From contig NC_022359.1 in the NCBI RefSeq assembly GCF_000354175.2, positions 450,001 through 482,000 on the forward strand: 32,000 nt of DNA, in the 5' to 3' direction. The position numbers and the translations under genes were made by a program. Shown here one piece after another: positions 23,414 to 30,958 of this stretch (its first letter is position 1; every line of letters begins with the position of its first letter). Origin of the DNA: Vibrio alginolyticus NBRC 15630 = ATCC 17749. Lineage in GTDB: Bacteria; Pseudomonadota; Gammaproteobacteria; Enterobacterales; Vibrionaceae. The notes under the pieces are model-generated. The model had not been told where the DNA came from and did no database searches. It was given only the letters and a program-made list of their open reading frames with translations.

Positions 23414-25960
23414 TTAGTTACAGTTAGCTACGCCAACTTCTTTCCAAACGCCCCATTCGCCAGATTGGCTAGGATCGTCACCCTGAGTCCACCATTTCGC
23501 TTCCCACGTTTTACCTGCGTGAGTCACTTGGTTACCACCTGTGTACACTGCGCTCGCATCCCATGCGTTGTCACAAGTACCAGGGTTCGGATCGGTTGAG
23601 TGCTGTGCAACAACCACTGTCGCGCTTGCCGATGAAGACGCTTTACCGTCGCTCACACTTACAGTGAAGCTTAAGCTTGTGTCTTGCGGGTATTCCGCAG
23701 CAGTGAACGTGACTTTAGAGCCTTCAACCGTTGCATTCAGACCTTGAGGTAGAGTCCAGTTGAATGTCAGGGTATCGTTGTCTGCATCGCTAGACGCAGA
23801 TGCATCTACAACCACAACGTCACCAGCGTTTGCTGTTGCTGGAGCAACAACTTGTGCAACTGGTGCGCTGTTCACTGGGTCAACAACACCTGCTGGTTTC
23901 ACTGTTACTACAACGAGGTCAGATGCCGTTGCACCCTCGTTATCAGTCACCGTCAGCTTGAAAGTTAATTGCTCTTCAACAGTAACTTCTGCTGCATCAA
24001 AGCTTGCTTTCGCTGAGTTTGCACCTGTTAGTGCCACTGCTGTGCCAGATACTTGTTCCCAAGCGTAGCTTGCGATGGTGCCGTCAGAGTCTTTTGACAG
24101 GCTGCCATCTAGAACCACATTTGCAGGACCTGTTACCGATTGATCTGCGCCAGCGGCTGCGGTTGGCTTACGGTTTGGTTGAGGAACCACACCACCAGCC
24201 ATACCTTCGTGCATCGCGTTTAGAATGTCACCGTTATCCGCGTCAATTTCCCAAGAGAATAGACCAGCAAGACCAAGAGACTTCGCGTAGCTACCTTTTG
24301 CTAGCACTGAACGGTGGTCATCAAATGTGATCAACTCGCCCGTAGTACGGTTCCATACCCATGGTGCTTCTGCTTGTGCATCGTAGCCGTACTCGAAGCC
24401 GTTAATACCAGTGTTGTTTGCACCTAGCATGAATGACTTAATGCCTTTGTAGTCAATTACGCCATCTTCCCAAACACCTTGCGCTGTGCTGCCCTTCAGT
24501 TTACCTGTAGCAGTACCCGTCATTGGGTCGTTTGGATCGGTTAGCGTATCTGGAGTTACGCCTTCCCAGCCACGACCGTACATTGCTGTACCAAGTACTA
24601 GCTTGTTCGCAGGAACGCCTTGAGCAAGAAGAAGTTGGATGCCGTTATCTGCTGTGTAAGCAGGACCTTTGTACGGTTCGCCGTTCTCATCAACGCCACT
24701 ACCGTCACACTGACCAGGACGCATGAATGAACCACAGTAAAGCGCAGTTTGGTGACCAGGAACGTTATTCCAACCACCGTAGAAGTCGTAAGTCATTGCG
24801 AAGATGTAATCCATGTACTGAACTGCATCTGCGTAGTCTACGTCTTCAATCTTGTCGTAACCGACACCGATAGCGGACGTTAGCTCGTAAGTACGGCCTG
24901 TCTCAGCTTCTAATTCATCAAGCATTACGCGCAGTTCACGCATCAGTGCGATGTATGCTGGGCCATCGTTTACAGGGTCGCCCTTATCGGCTGCTGCACC
25001 GCCGCCGCCAGGGAATTCCCAGTCGATATCAACACCGTCGTAGAATTTCCAAGTTTTCAGGAACTTCTTAACTGATGCGACGAATGTGTCACGGTTTTTC
25101 TTGTCCACGAAATCGAAGAATGGGTCAGACAGTGTCCAACCACCGATCGATGGGATGATTTTTAGATCAGGGTTACGTTGTTTCAATGCCATTAGCATTG
25201 CGTAGTTACCCTTGATAGGCGTGCTGTATTCATGACCAGCTTGTGGGAAGCTCTTCTGATAAGCAGCCCAAGGGTCATGGATAACGACTTCATAATCAGG
25301 CACACCTGTACAAGCAGTTTGTAGCGCGTTGAAACTGTTGCCGCCAACAGACTTCACAGACTCATTTGGGCCACAAATTGGGATAAAACCGTAAAGGATG
25401 TGAGTCAAGTTGTCGACCGGCATATTATCGACGGTGTAGTCACGGCCATAGATGCCCCATTCAACAAAATACGTACCCATCACGACGCTTGGATCGGTAT
25501 TGTAGGTTTTGTTGTTTGGATCAACATTCATCGTTAGTGGCTTCAGGTGAGAACCATCGGTATCTGCAATCGTGATTTCAGCTGGTGCGCTTTTCGCACA
25601 ACCTGTCGCATCACATGCTTCGATTTCCATTTGGTATAAGCCACCTTGGCCGTATTCAAACGAAGCTGTCGTTTGGCTACCAGTGATAGGGCCGCTTGCT
25701 ACTTTTACACCATCAAAATAGACGTTGTAAGTGTCACCAGGTGTGCCACTCCACTGGTTAAATTTAACAGTGATCTTCGCTTGCTCATGGTATTTCACCA
25801 TGTCGTAGTAGCCTGACGTGGTTTCCATCGCGAGTTCAATTTTAGAAAACTGAAGGTTGTTGGAACCGTACATATCGATACTTGGTGCGGTTGGAGCCGC
25901 AACTGCAGCACCTGATATCGCTAAAGCAACTCCAGCTGCACATAGGTTAAATCGAATCAT
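23414..25960 (-). CDS. chiA: Secreted GH18 chitinase (ChiA-type) with two PKD-like domains and a C-terminal CBM5/12 chitin-binding domain
   Basis: Track ORF ends at 25987. I moved the start to ATG 25960 (MIRFNLCAAGVALAISGAAVAAP signal peptide). GH18 catalytic motif DGVDIDWEFPGG is encoded at 25010-25039 (Glu codon 25016-25018). Two ~90-aa PKD-like repeats follow, then the C-terminal AWDASAVYTGGNQVTHAGKTWEAKWWTQGDDP. Confidence 0.9.
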   Translation of the reverse strand: MIRFNLCAAGVALAISGAAVAAPTAPSIDMYGSNNLQFSKIELAMETTSGYYDMVKYHEQAKITVKFNQWSGTPGDTYNVYFDGVKVASGPITGSQTTASFEYGQGGLYQMEIEACDATGCAKSAPAEITIADTDGSHLKPLTMNVDPNNKTYNTDPSVVMGTYFVEWGIYGRDYTVDNMPVDNLTHILYGFIPICGPNESVKSVGGNSFNALQTACTGVPDYEVVIHDPWAAYQKSFPQAGHEYSTPIKGNYAMLMALKQRNPDLKIIPSIGGWTLSDPFFDFVDKKNRDTFVASVKKFLKTWKFYDGVDIDWEFPGGGGAAADKGDPVNDGPAYIALMRELRVMLDELEAETGRTYELTSAIGVGYDKIEDVDYADAVQYMDYIFAMTYDFYGGWNNVPGHQTALYCGSFMRPGQCDGSGVDENGEPYKGPAYTADNGIQLLLAQGVPANKLVLGTAMYGRGWEGVTPDTLTDPNDPMTGTATGKLKGSTAQGVWEDGVIDYKGIKSFMLGANNTGINGFEYGYDAQAEAPWVWNRTTGELITFDDHRSVLAKGSYAKSLGLAGLFSWEIDADNGDILNAMHEGMAGGVVPQPNRKPTAAAGADQSVTGPANVVLDGSLSKDSDGTIASYAWEQVSGTAVALTGANSAKASFDAAEVTVEEQLTFKLTVTDNEGATASDLVVVTVKPAGVVDPVNSAPVAQVVAPATANAGDVVVVDASASSDADNDTLTFNWTLPQGLNATVEGSKVTFTAAEYPQDTSLSFTVSVSDGKASSSASATVVVAQHSTDPNPGTCDNAWDASAVYTGGNQVTHAGKTWEAKWWTQGDDPSQSGEWGVWKEVGVANCN

Positions 25961-26305
25961 AACTTCTCTCTCAATCCTTGGATTCATGTTCTACCTAGAA
26001 CATAGGCTGCTCTTGCACCAGATAAGATGATTGGATTTACTCCACGTGCAAAAGCATCACACTCAGCATTTCAGAGAGTTTTTTTTCGTCAAAAAAAATT
26101 AAGACGGTTTTCGAGGCACTTGAGAGAACTTAACTAAAACTCGCACTCTGTTACACAGAAAGTGTCAGACTGAGTCAATAATTTATAAAGTCTCAGCAGA
26201 AACTAAAATTATTGTTTACTCAGTAACGAGTTGGTTAAATGCGATGAAGGCCTTATTTTGTTGTTTATTAAGGTTTTGTTTCATTGATATAGAAAGAGAA
26301 TTGAA

Positions 26306-26341
26306 AGGAAAAATAGCCGTGAAGACATACTAGTCACGGCT
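26306..26341 (-). terminator. Terminator-like hairpin overlapping the stop of the 26330-26833 gene
   Basis: The minus strand reads AGCCGTGA-ctagtatgtct-TCACGGCT followed by ATTTTTCCTTTC. Confidence 0.5.
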
Positions 26342-26833
26342 GAAGTGTTCACTCAACGCGGCGCGACGTTTAGAGGCTGCGCCGGTTTCTGAGCCCTGAA
26401 CGGTATGCTCAAATCCTTTACGAATGAATCGCTGATCTGGAATAAGAGGCTCAATACGGCGTATTTGAGGTGAAAGATGAGAGCCCGAGATCTGATACGC
26501 TGTCTTTCCTAATCCGGTATTCAACGTGATGACCTTGCCATCGAATTCAAATTCCGTCGTAATGAGTCGATGGTTTCGGTATACCCCATCTTCAGTGAAA
26601 ACGAGACGTTCTGTTTGGTAGGGTGGCGCGCCAATCTCAATCCATTCGCCGTACACCTTTTCCGGATCAATGTGGTCTTGATAGGAGAGGTGGATTTGAT
26701 AGCCAAAAAACGTCAACAGACCCATCCCGAAGCAGACAAATGTACTCTTGAGGATTTTGGATTGGTAGCGAGCCAAAAATGAAAGTTTTGGTTCTTGTCG
26801 TGCTTTTCGCCTTCGGCGAGTCGAGTCCGTCAT
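26330..26833 (-). CDS. Hypothetical single-pass membrane protein
   Basis: Track ORF is 26330-26902. The probable start is ATG 26833 (MTDSTRRRRKARQ...), followed by one TM helix (TFVCFGMGLLTFFGY). The start is uncertain: neither candidate has a well-spaced RBS. A hairpin overlaps the stop. Confidence 0.55.
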   Translation of the reverse strand: MTDSTRRRRKARQEPKLSFLARYQSKILKSTFVCFGMGLLTFFGYQIHLSYQDHIDPEKVYGEWIEIGAPPYQTERLVFTEDGVYRNHRLITTEFEFDGKVITLNTGLGKTAYQISGSHLSPQIRRIEPLIPDQRFIRKGFEHTVQGSETGAASKRRAALSEHFSRD

Positions 26834-27161
26834 AGATCTAATTTTCTCCACTTTTTTAACATGGTGGAAACCTTCCTTTTTAAAAACAAACAATCCCGCC
26901 ATTGAGACGACGAAACTATGATCTAATGTCCACTTTTACATTCAGATACACATCTTATTGATGGTTTTGTTGTTTGCTCACATTCATTACTTCGCAGGTT
27001 TTCTTGCTCGGTTTAGGTCGCCTGATTAATCCTCGCGAAAAAAGGTTCTCGCTCAGTAGCAAAGGATGTGCGTTATTACGTTGAGTTTAATGGCTTTCAA
27101 AGCTTGAGTAACGGAAAGAAACAAGGTAAAAAAGAGCGGACTTTTGATAAGGAAACCAATA

Positions 27162-27446
27162 ATGAATATTAAGGAAAATAGCTATTTTGCTGGTAGTGTA
27201 AAATCACTAGGCTTTAACCAGAAAGATCAGGATGTTAGCGTTGGTGTGATGCTTCCTGGTGAGTACACGTTTGGTACTCAAGCACCAGAGCGTATGACGG
27301 TTGTAAAAGGTGCGCTTGTGGTCAAGCGTGTTGGCGAGAGCGATTGGACGACTTATCAAAGTGGTGAGTTTTTTGAAGTGGAAGGTAATTCTTCATTTGA
27401 GCTTCAAGTGAAAGAAGCGACTGCGTATTTATGTGAGTACTTCTAG
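27162..27446 (+). CDS. ppnP: Pyrimidine/purine nucleoside phosphorylase PpnP (YaiE/DUF1255)
   Basis: Track ORF starts at TTG 27144. ATG 27162 (MNIKENSYFAGSVKSLGF...GEYTFGT...YLCEYF) gives 94 aa collinear with E. coli PpnP. AAGGA RBS and a strong terminator downstream. Confidence 0.9.
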   Translation: MNIKENSYFAGSVKSLGFNQKDQDVSVGVMLPGEYTFGTQAPERMTVVKGALVVKRVGESDWTTYQSGEFFEVEGNSSFELQVKEATAYLCEYF

Positions 27447-27467
27447 CGTTCATTTGTTGCTCGTCAT

Positions 27468-27492
27468 AAAACCACCTTCGGGTGGTTTTTTC
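27468..27492 (+). terminator. Rho-independent terminator after ppnP
   Basis: AAAACCACC-ttcg-GGTGGTTTT-TTC, with a UUCG tetraloop. Confidence 0.9.
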
Positions 27493-27578
27493 GTCTATGT
27501 GCTTCACTTATAACGCATCTTTTTGGTTATTTGGGTATATACTTAATAAAAATGTACCCATCGACCAGGGAGGAAGTG

Positions 27579-27860
27579 ATGGCAGTACAACGCAAGCATT
27601 CTGATCTCCCTCCTCGTTACGAGGACAAAGATCTCACCAATGAGCAAAGACAGCGCTTTACCGAAGTTGCCAATGCCGCTCATAAGAGACGTGAATTTTA
27701 TCGACGTGCTCTAGGAAAGAGCTTAATGGGCAAAATGAAGGGCCGTGCGTTTAAAGATCACCCCACTCGTCAGCAAGACAAGCCGAACAGAACGTTGCAA
27801 GTAGTGTGGTTAATCGTATTCCTCGTTGTGGGGCTTTGGGTGATGCATGTGTTCGCTTAG
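27579..27860 (+). CDS. Small basic protein with a C-terminal membrane anchor (93 aa)
   Basis: Track ORF starts at TTG 27531. ATG 27579 is preceded by GGGAGGAAG. Arg/Lys-rich body and a C-terminal hydrophobic helix (VVWLIVFLVVGLWVMHVFA). Confidence 0.6.
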   Translation: MAVQRKHSDLPPRYEDKDLTNEQRQRFTEVANAAHKRREFYRRALGKSLMGKMKGRAFKDHPTRQQDKPNRTLQVVWLIVFLVVGLWVMHVFA

Positions 27861-27863
27861 TCA

Positions 27864-29012
27864 TTAGCAAGCTTCTGGTACCGCTGGTGCATCAGATGTT
27901 GACTGTTCTTCCGTATTGCAGTGCTCATAAAAGGCGTACTGGTTTTTACCAGTATGTTTAGCTGCGTACATTGCTTTGTCTGCACATCGAGTCAATTCAG
28001 ACAAATCCTTTGCATCTTGCTTATAGATAGCAGCACCTACACTCATCGTTAACTCGTTAATCATATCGTAGCTTCGGTAACCTGTCGGAAACAGATTTAC
28101 GATCCGTTTTAGGATGCTGTCTAGGTCATCTTTACTTTTTACATCGTAAAGCATGATTACAAACTCGTCGCCCGCAAATCGAGCGATGGAGTAGTCGTGT
28201 TTATCTGTTTTTCTGTCTTTGTTGCGAATGTTATTTTTTAATCGAGTTGCGAAGGCTTGAAGTACTTGGTCACCAATATCGTGCCCGTAGGTGTCGTTGA
28301 TGTGCTTGAAGTTATCGATATCGAGAAAAACCAATGCGGTGATGCTGTCATCAGATGAGTGCTTGATTTCATCGAGCTTTGCGCGCGCCCAAGTCTCAAA
28401 GCTCCAGCGATTGGCAAGCCCAGTGAGCTGGTCAAAATATGCTAACTCCTCAATCCCCTCACGATACAGTGTTTGAATGTAATTGAGGACTTTCGTGTAG
28501 TAATACGAGAACGTGTGACACACAAACGCGGTCGCTATCAGGGTCAGCATCAATCTCCGCTCTATGATTTCTGTGGCTGTTGGCAGTCGATCTAAAAAAG
28601 CGACCCCAAAAAAGATCAGTAAAATGTAGGTCCCACTGAACAGCAGACCGACCTTAAACTCATTAATTAATACCAGAGTGGCGACAATAGGATATAGCCA
28701 TAGCACCTTGCCTGACGGAGCGTCGTTATACAGAAGTAACAATAACCCTTCGAACATTAAGACAGCACTTAGCCATAAGTCGGCGTATTGATGGTGCCGC
28801 TGGACTTTTATTACATAACTGATTGCTAAGCATGCCAAGGCACACAAAGCATGGAAAAAGCTTAAGCCCCAGTTATTCTCAAGTGATTGAGCAATGGAAC
28901 CATAAGTTAAACAGGCAGCGGCGATACTGGAGCATAAAAAGACAATTTTCTTTTTTCTTGTTGAGCGGATGTCCGCCATTTCTTCTAAGCGCGCCCCAGC
29001 CAATGTCGACAT
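27864..29012 (-). CDS. Membrane-bound diguanylate cyclase (GGDEF domain with AGDEF active-site variant)
   Basis: 382 aa with AAGGA 6 nt upstream. About 5 N-terminal TM helices, then a GGDEF domain (YFDQLTGLANR...LDIDNFKHINDTYGHDIGD...RFAGDEFVIM). The AGDEF codons are at 28161-28175. Confidence 0.85.
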   Translation of the reverse strand: MSTLAGARLEEMADIRSTRKKKIVFLCSSIAAACLTYGSIAQSLENNWGLSFFHALCALACLAISYVIKVQRHHQYADLWLSAVLMFEGLLLLLYNDAPSGKVLWLYPIVATLVLINEFKVGLLFSGTYILLIFFGVAFLDRLPTATEIIERRLMLTLIATAFVCHTFSYYYTKVLNYIQTLYREGIEELAYFDQLTGLANRWSFETWARAKLDEIKHSSDDSITALVFLDIDNFKHINDTYGHDIGDQVLQAFATRLKNNIRNKDRKTDKHDYSIARFAGDEFVIMLYDVKSKDDLDSILKRIVNLFPTGYRSYDMINELTMSVGAAIYKQDAKDLSELTRCADKAMYAAKHTGKNQYAFYEHCNTEEQSTSDAPAVPEAC

Positions 29013-29464
29013 TACGTATCCTTGCTTAATTAACGTGTACGCTTATTCTAGGCGGTATTTTCGCGATAAATAGAACAACAAAGTTTCCAAATGTGATATC
29101 AGTCATTTTTAGTGCAAAGCCATCAGTGTGATTTGGTGCGAGTGTTCAAAGAGGAATGGTGGCGCATGCAGGTTTTCATGACGGTTCTTCATGGCTCTAT
29201 ATGGTTGGACTGATAATTCAAAGTAATGTATCTAGTTAGACGCATTTCTATTGATTATCCTGATTCTGTTCGGTGCTCGTTGATTGAGAGTATTGTTCAC
29301 CAATCTCTGCTCTACGTATCGTCAAGGCATATGTCGTTTCGAAAATGCATTAGAAATATTTTTCCGAAACAGGGCGAAATATTGTTGTCGTTATGACCAA
29401 TATGCGACTAGAATCCGCGCTAAATCACAACCTCATATCGAGCTTCGTTCGAGTCACTATTTTT

Positions 29465-29497
29465 AAACTGCTTCACAAATATTGTGAGGCAGTTTTT
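29465..29497 (+). terminator. Strong terminator-type hairpin 22 nt upstream of the MATE start codon (putative attenuator or sRNA terminator)
   Basis: AAACTGCTTCACA-aatat-TGTGAGGCAGTTT: 13 bp including one G-U pair, with the stem running into TTTTT (29493-29497). The RBS AGGAAAGG and ATG 29520 follow immediately. Confidence 0.6.
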
Positions 29498-29519
29498 AGT
29501 TGTAGGAAAGGTTACAAGC

Positions 29520-30860
29520 ATGCCTAAAAGCCAAAACATCAACCAACGAATGTCTATCGTGGCATTAGCTTGGCCAATTCTTGTCGAAATTTTGCTACGG
29601 ACGGCTTTAGGAACCAGTGACGTGTTCATGCTGAGTGGCTACTCAGACAAAGCCGTATCCGCTGTTGGTGTGATCACGCAGATTACCTTCTTTTTAATCA
29701 TCGTTTCGACGTTTGTCAGTAGCGGTACGGGGATTTTGATTGCCCAATACAATGGCGCTGGACGCGAGCAAGAGTCAGTGAGCGTTGGTGTTGCGAGTAT
29801 TGCGTTGTCTGTGCTCGTCGGTGTGCTATTGAGTGTGATTGCCGTGCTTGGTGCGATATATCTACTCCCGTATTACGGCTTGGAAGCGCAAGTCGAGCAG
29901 TACGCTCATGAATATCTGCTGATAAGCGGTGCGATGACGTTTAACGTTACGATTGGCGTTGTTTTTACAACTATTCTGCGTAGTCATGGTTATTCACGTT
30001 CCCCAATGGTGGTGAATTTGATCTCGGGTGTGTTCAACATCATTGGTAACTATATTGCGCTTTACCAGCCATTTGGTTTACTTGTGTATGGCGTGCAAGG
30101 CGTGGCAATAGCAACCGTCGTCAGCCAAGTCATCGGTACCTTAATGTTATGGTTTATTCTCGCGCGCAGCAGCATTGAGCTACCAATGTCGACCATGAAA
30201 CAAGTGCCCGTAGAGATTTACAAAAAGATCTTAAAAATCGGCGGCATGAACGCGGGTGAGGTGCTGTCTTACAACGTGGCGCAAATCTGCATTGTGTATT
30301 TTGTGGTGCAAATGGGGACGGCATCGTTAGCGGCTTTCACTTATGCGCAAAACATTGCCCGTTTCTCGTTTGCTTTCGCGCTGGCAATTGGTCAGGCAGC
30401 GCAAATTCAGACTGGTTACTACATCGGTAAAGGTTGGGTGAGCAGCATTTTAAAACGCGTACAAATCTACTTCTTAGTAGGATTTGTGGCATCAACGGCG
30501 GCAACCACACTGATTTACCTGTTTAGAGAAGAGATTCTGCGCGTATTTACCGATCAACCAGAGATACTCGCATTGGCAGGTTCGTTAGTCATGGGCTCAA
30601 TTTTGCTCGAGGCCGGACGTGTGTTTAACCTGATTTTTATCGCGGGGCTCAAAGGCGCGGGTGACATCAAGTTCCCAGTGCAAATGGGGATTTTGAGTAT
30701 GTGGGGACTAGGCGTGCTTTTCTCTTACATCTTTGGCATCCACTTGGGTTATGGCGTTTTAGGGGCTTGGATGGCAATCGCTCTCGATGAATGGGTACGT
30801 GGTATCATCATGGCAAGACGTTGGCGCTCTCAGGTGTGGACCAAGTTTAAGGTGAGCTAA
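29520..30860 (+). CDS. MATE-family efflux transporter
   Basis: Track ORF starts at GTG 29484, inside a hairpin. ATG 29520 (MPKSQNINQRMSIVALAWPILVEILL...) has AGGAAAGG upstream. 446 aa, 12 TM-type hydrophobic segments, with a MATE N-terminal pattern (LAWPILVE...DVFMLS). Confidence 0.85.
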   Translation: MPKSQNINQRMSIVALAWPILVEILLRTALGTSDVFMLSGYSDKAVSAVGVITQITFFLIIVSTFVSSGTGILIAQYNGAGREQESVSVGVASIALSVLVGVLLSVIAVLGAIYLLPYYGLEAQVEQYAHEYLLISGAMTFNVTIGVVFTTILRSHGYSRSPMVVNLISGVFNIIGNYIALYQPFGLLVYGVQGVAIATVVSQVIGTLMLWFILARSSIELPMSTMKQVPVEIYKKILKIGGMNAGEVLSYNVAQICIVYFVVQMGTASLAAFTYAQNIARFSFAFALAIGQAAQIQTGYYIGKGWVSSILKRVQIYFLVGFVASTAATTLIYLFREEILRVFTDQPEILALAGSLVMGSILLEAGRVFNLIFIAGLKGAGDIKFPVQMGILSMWGLGVLFSYIFGIHLGYGVLGAWMAIALDEWVRGIIMARRWRSQVWTKFKVS

Positions 30861-30903
30861 CGGTTTTCGGTATCGCGCATCACGCTTATTCTGTTGTTAG
30901 AAA

Positions 30904-30940
30904 ACAAAAAAAGGCACTGATAGTCAGTGCCTTTTTGTTA
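30904..30940. terminator. Bidirectional terminator
   Basis: AAAAAAA-AGGCACTGA-tag-TCAGTGCCT-TTTTG between the convergent MATE and RluA-family genes. Confidence 0.9.
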
Positions 30941-30958
30941 TTTAAAATCGGGAAGACG

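Noticed and set aside
23541-24726. Plus-strand ORFs of 67-108 aa (23541-23747, 23760-24068, 24004-24330, 24523-24726)
   Set aside because: All lie antisense within the chitinase gene, give low-complexity Ala/Thr/Ser/Leu-rich translations and have no RBS. They are frame artefacts.
29284-29466. 60-aa plus-strand ORF ending at the MATE-leader hairpin
   Set aside because: It starts at TTG with no RBS, has no in-frame ATG, and gives a Cys/Arg-rich odd composition. It is more likely non-coding leader sequence. A 44-codon ORF from ATG 29393 that reads through the hairpin also lacks an RBS.
3368-29519. N-terminal extensions of many track ORFs (starts at 3368, 5666, 6831, 11537, 14339, 15787, 20015, 25987, 26902, 27144, 27531, 29484)
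   Set aside because: In each case an internal start has a properly spaced RBS, matches the homolog or paralog N-terminus, or gives a stop/start overlap with the upstream gene. Several of the long versions begin at TTG or GTG or inside operators and hairpins.
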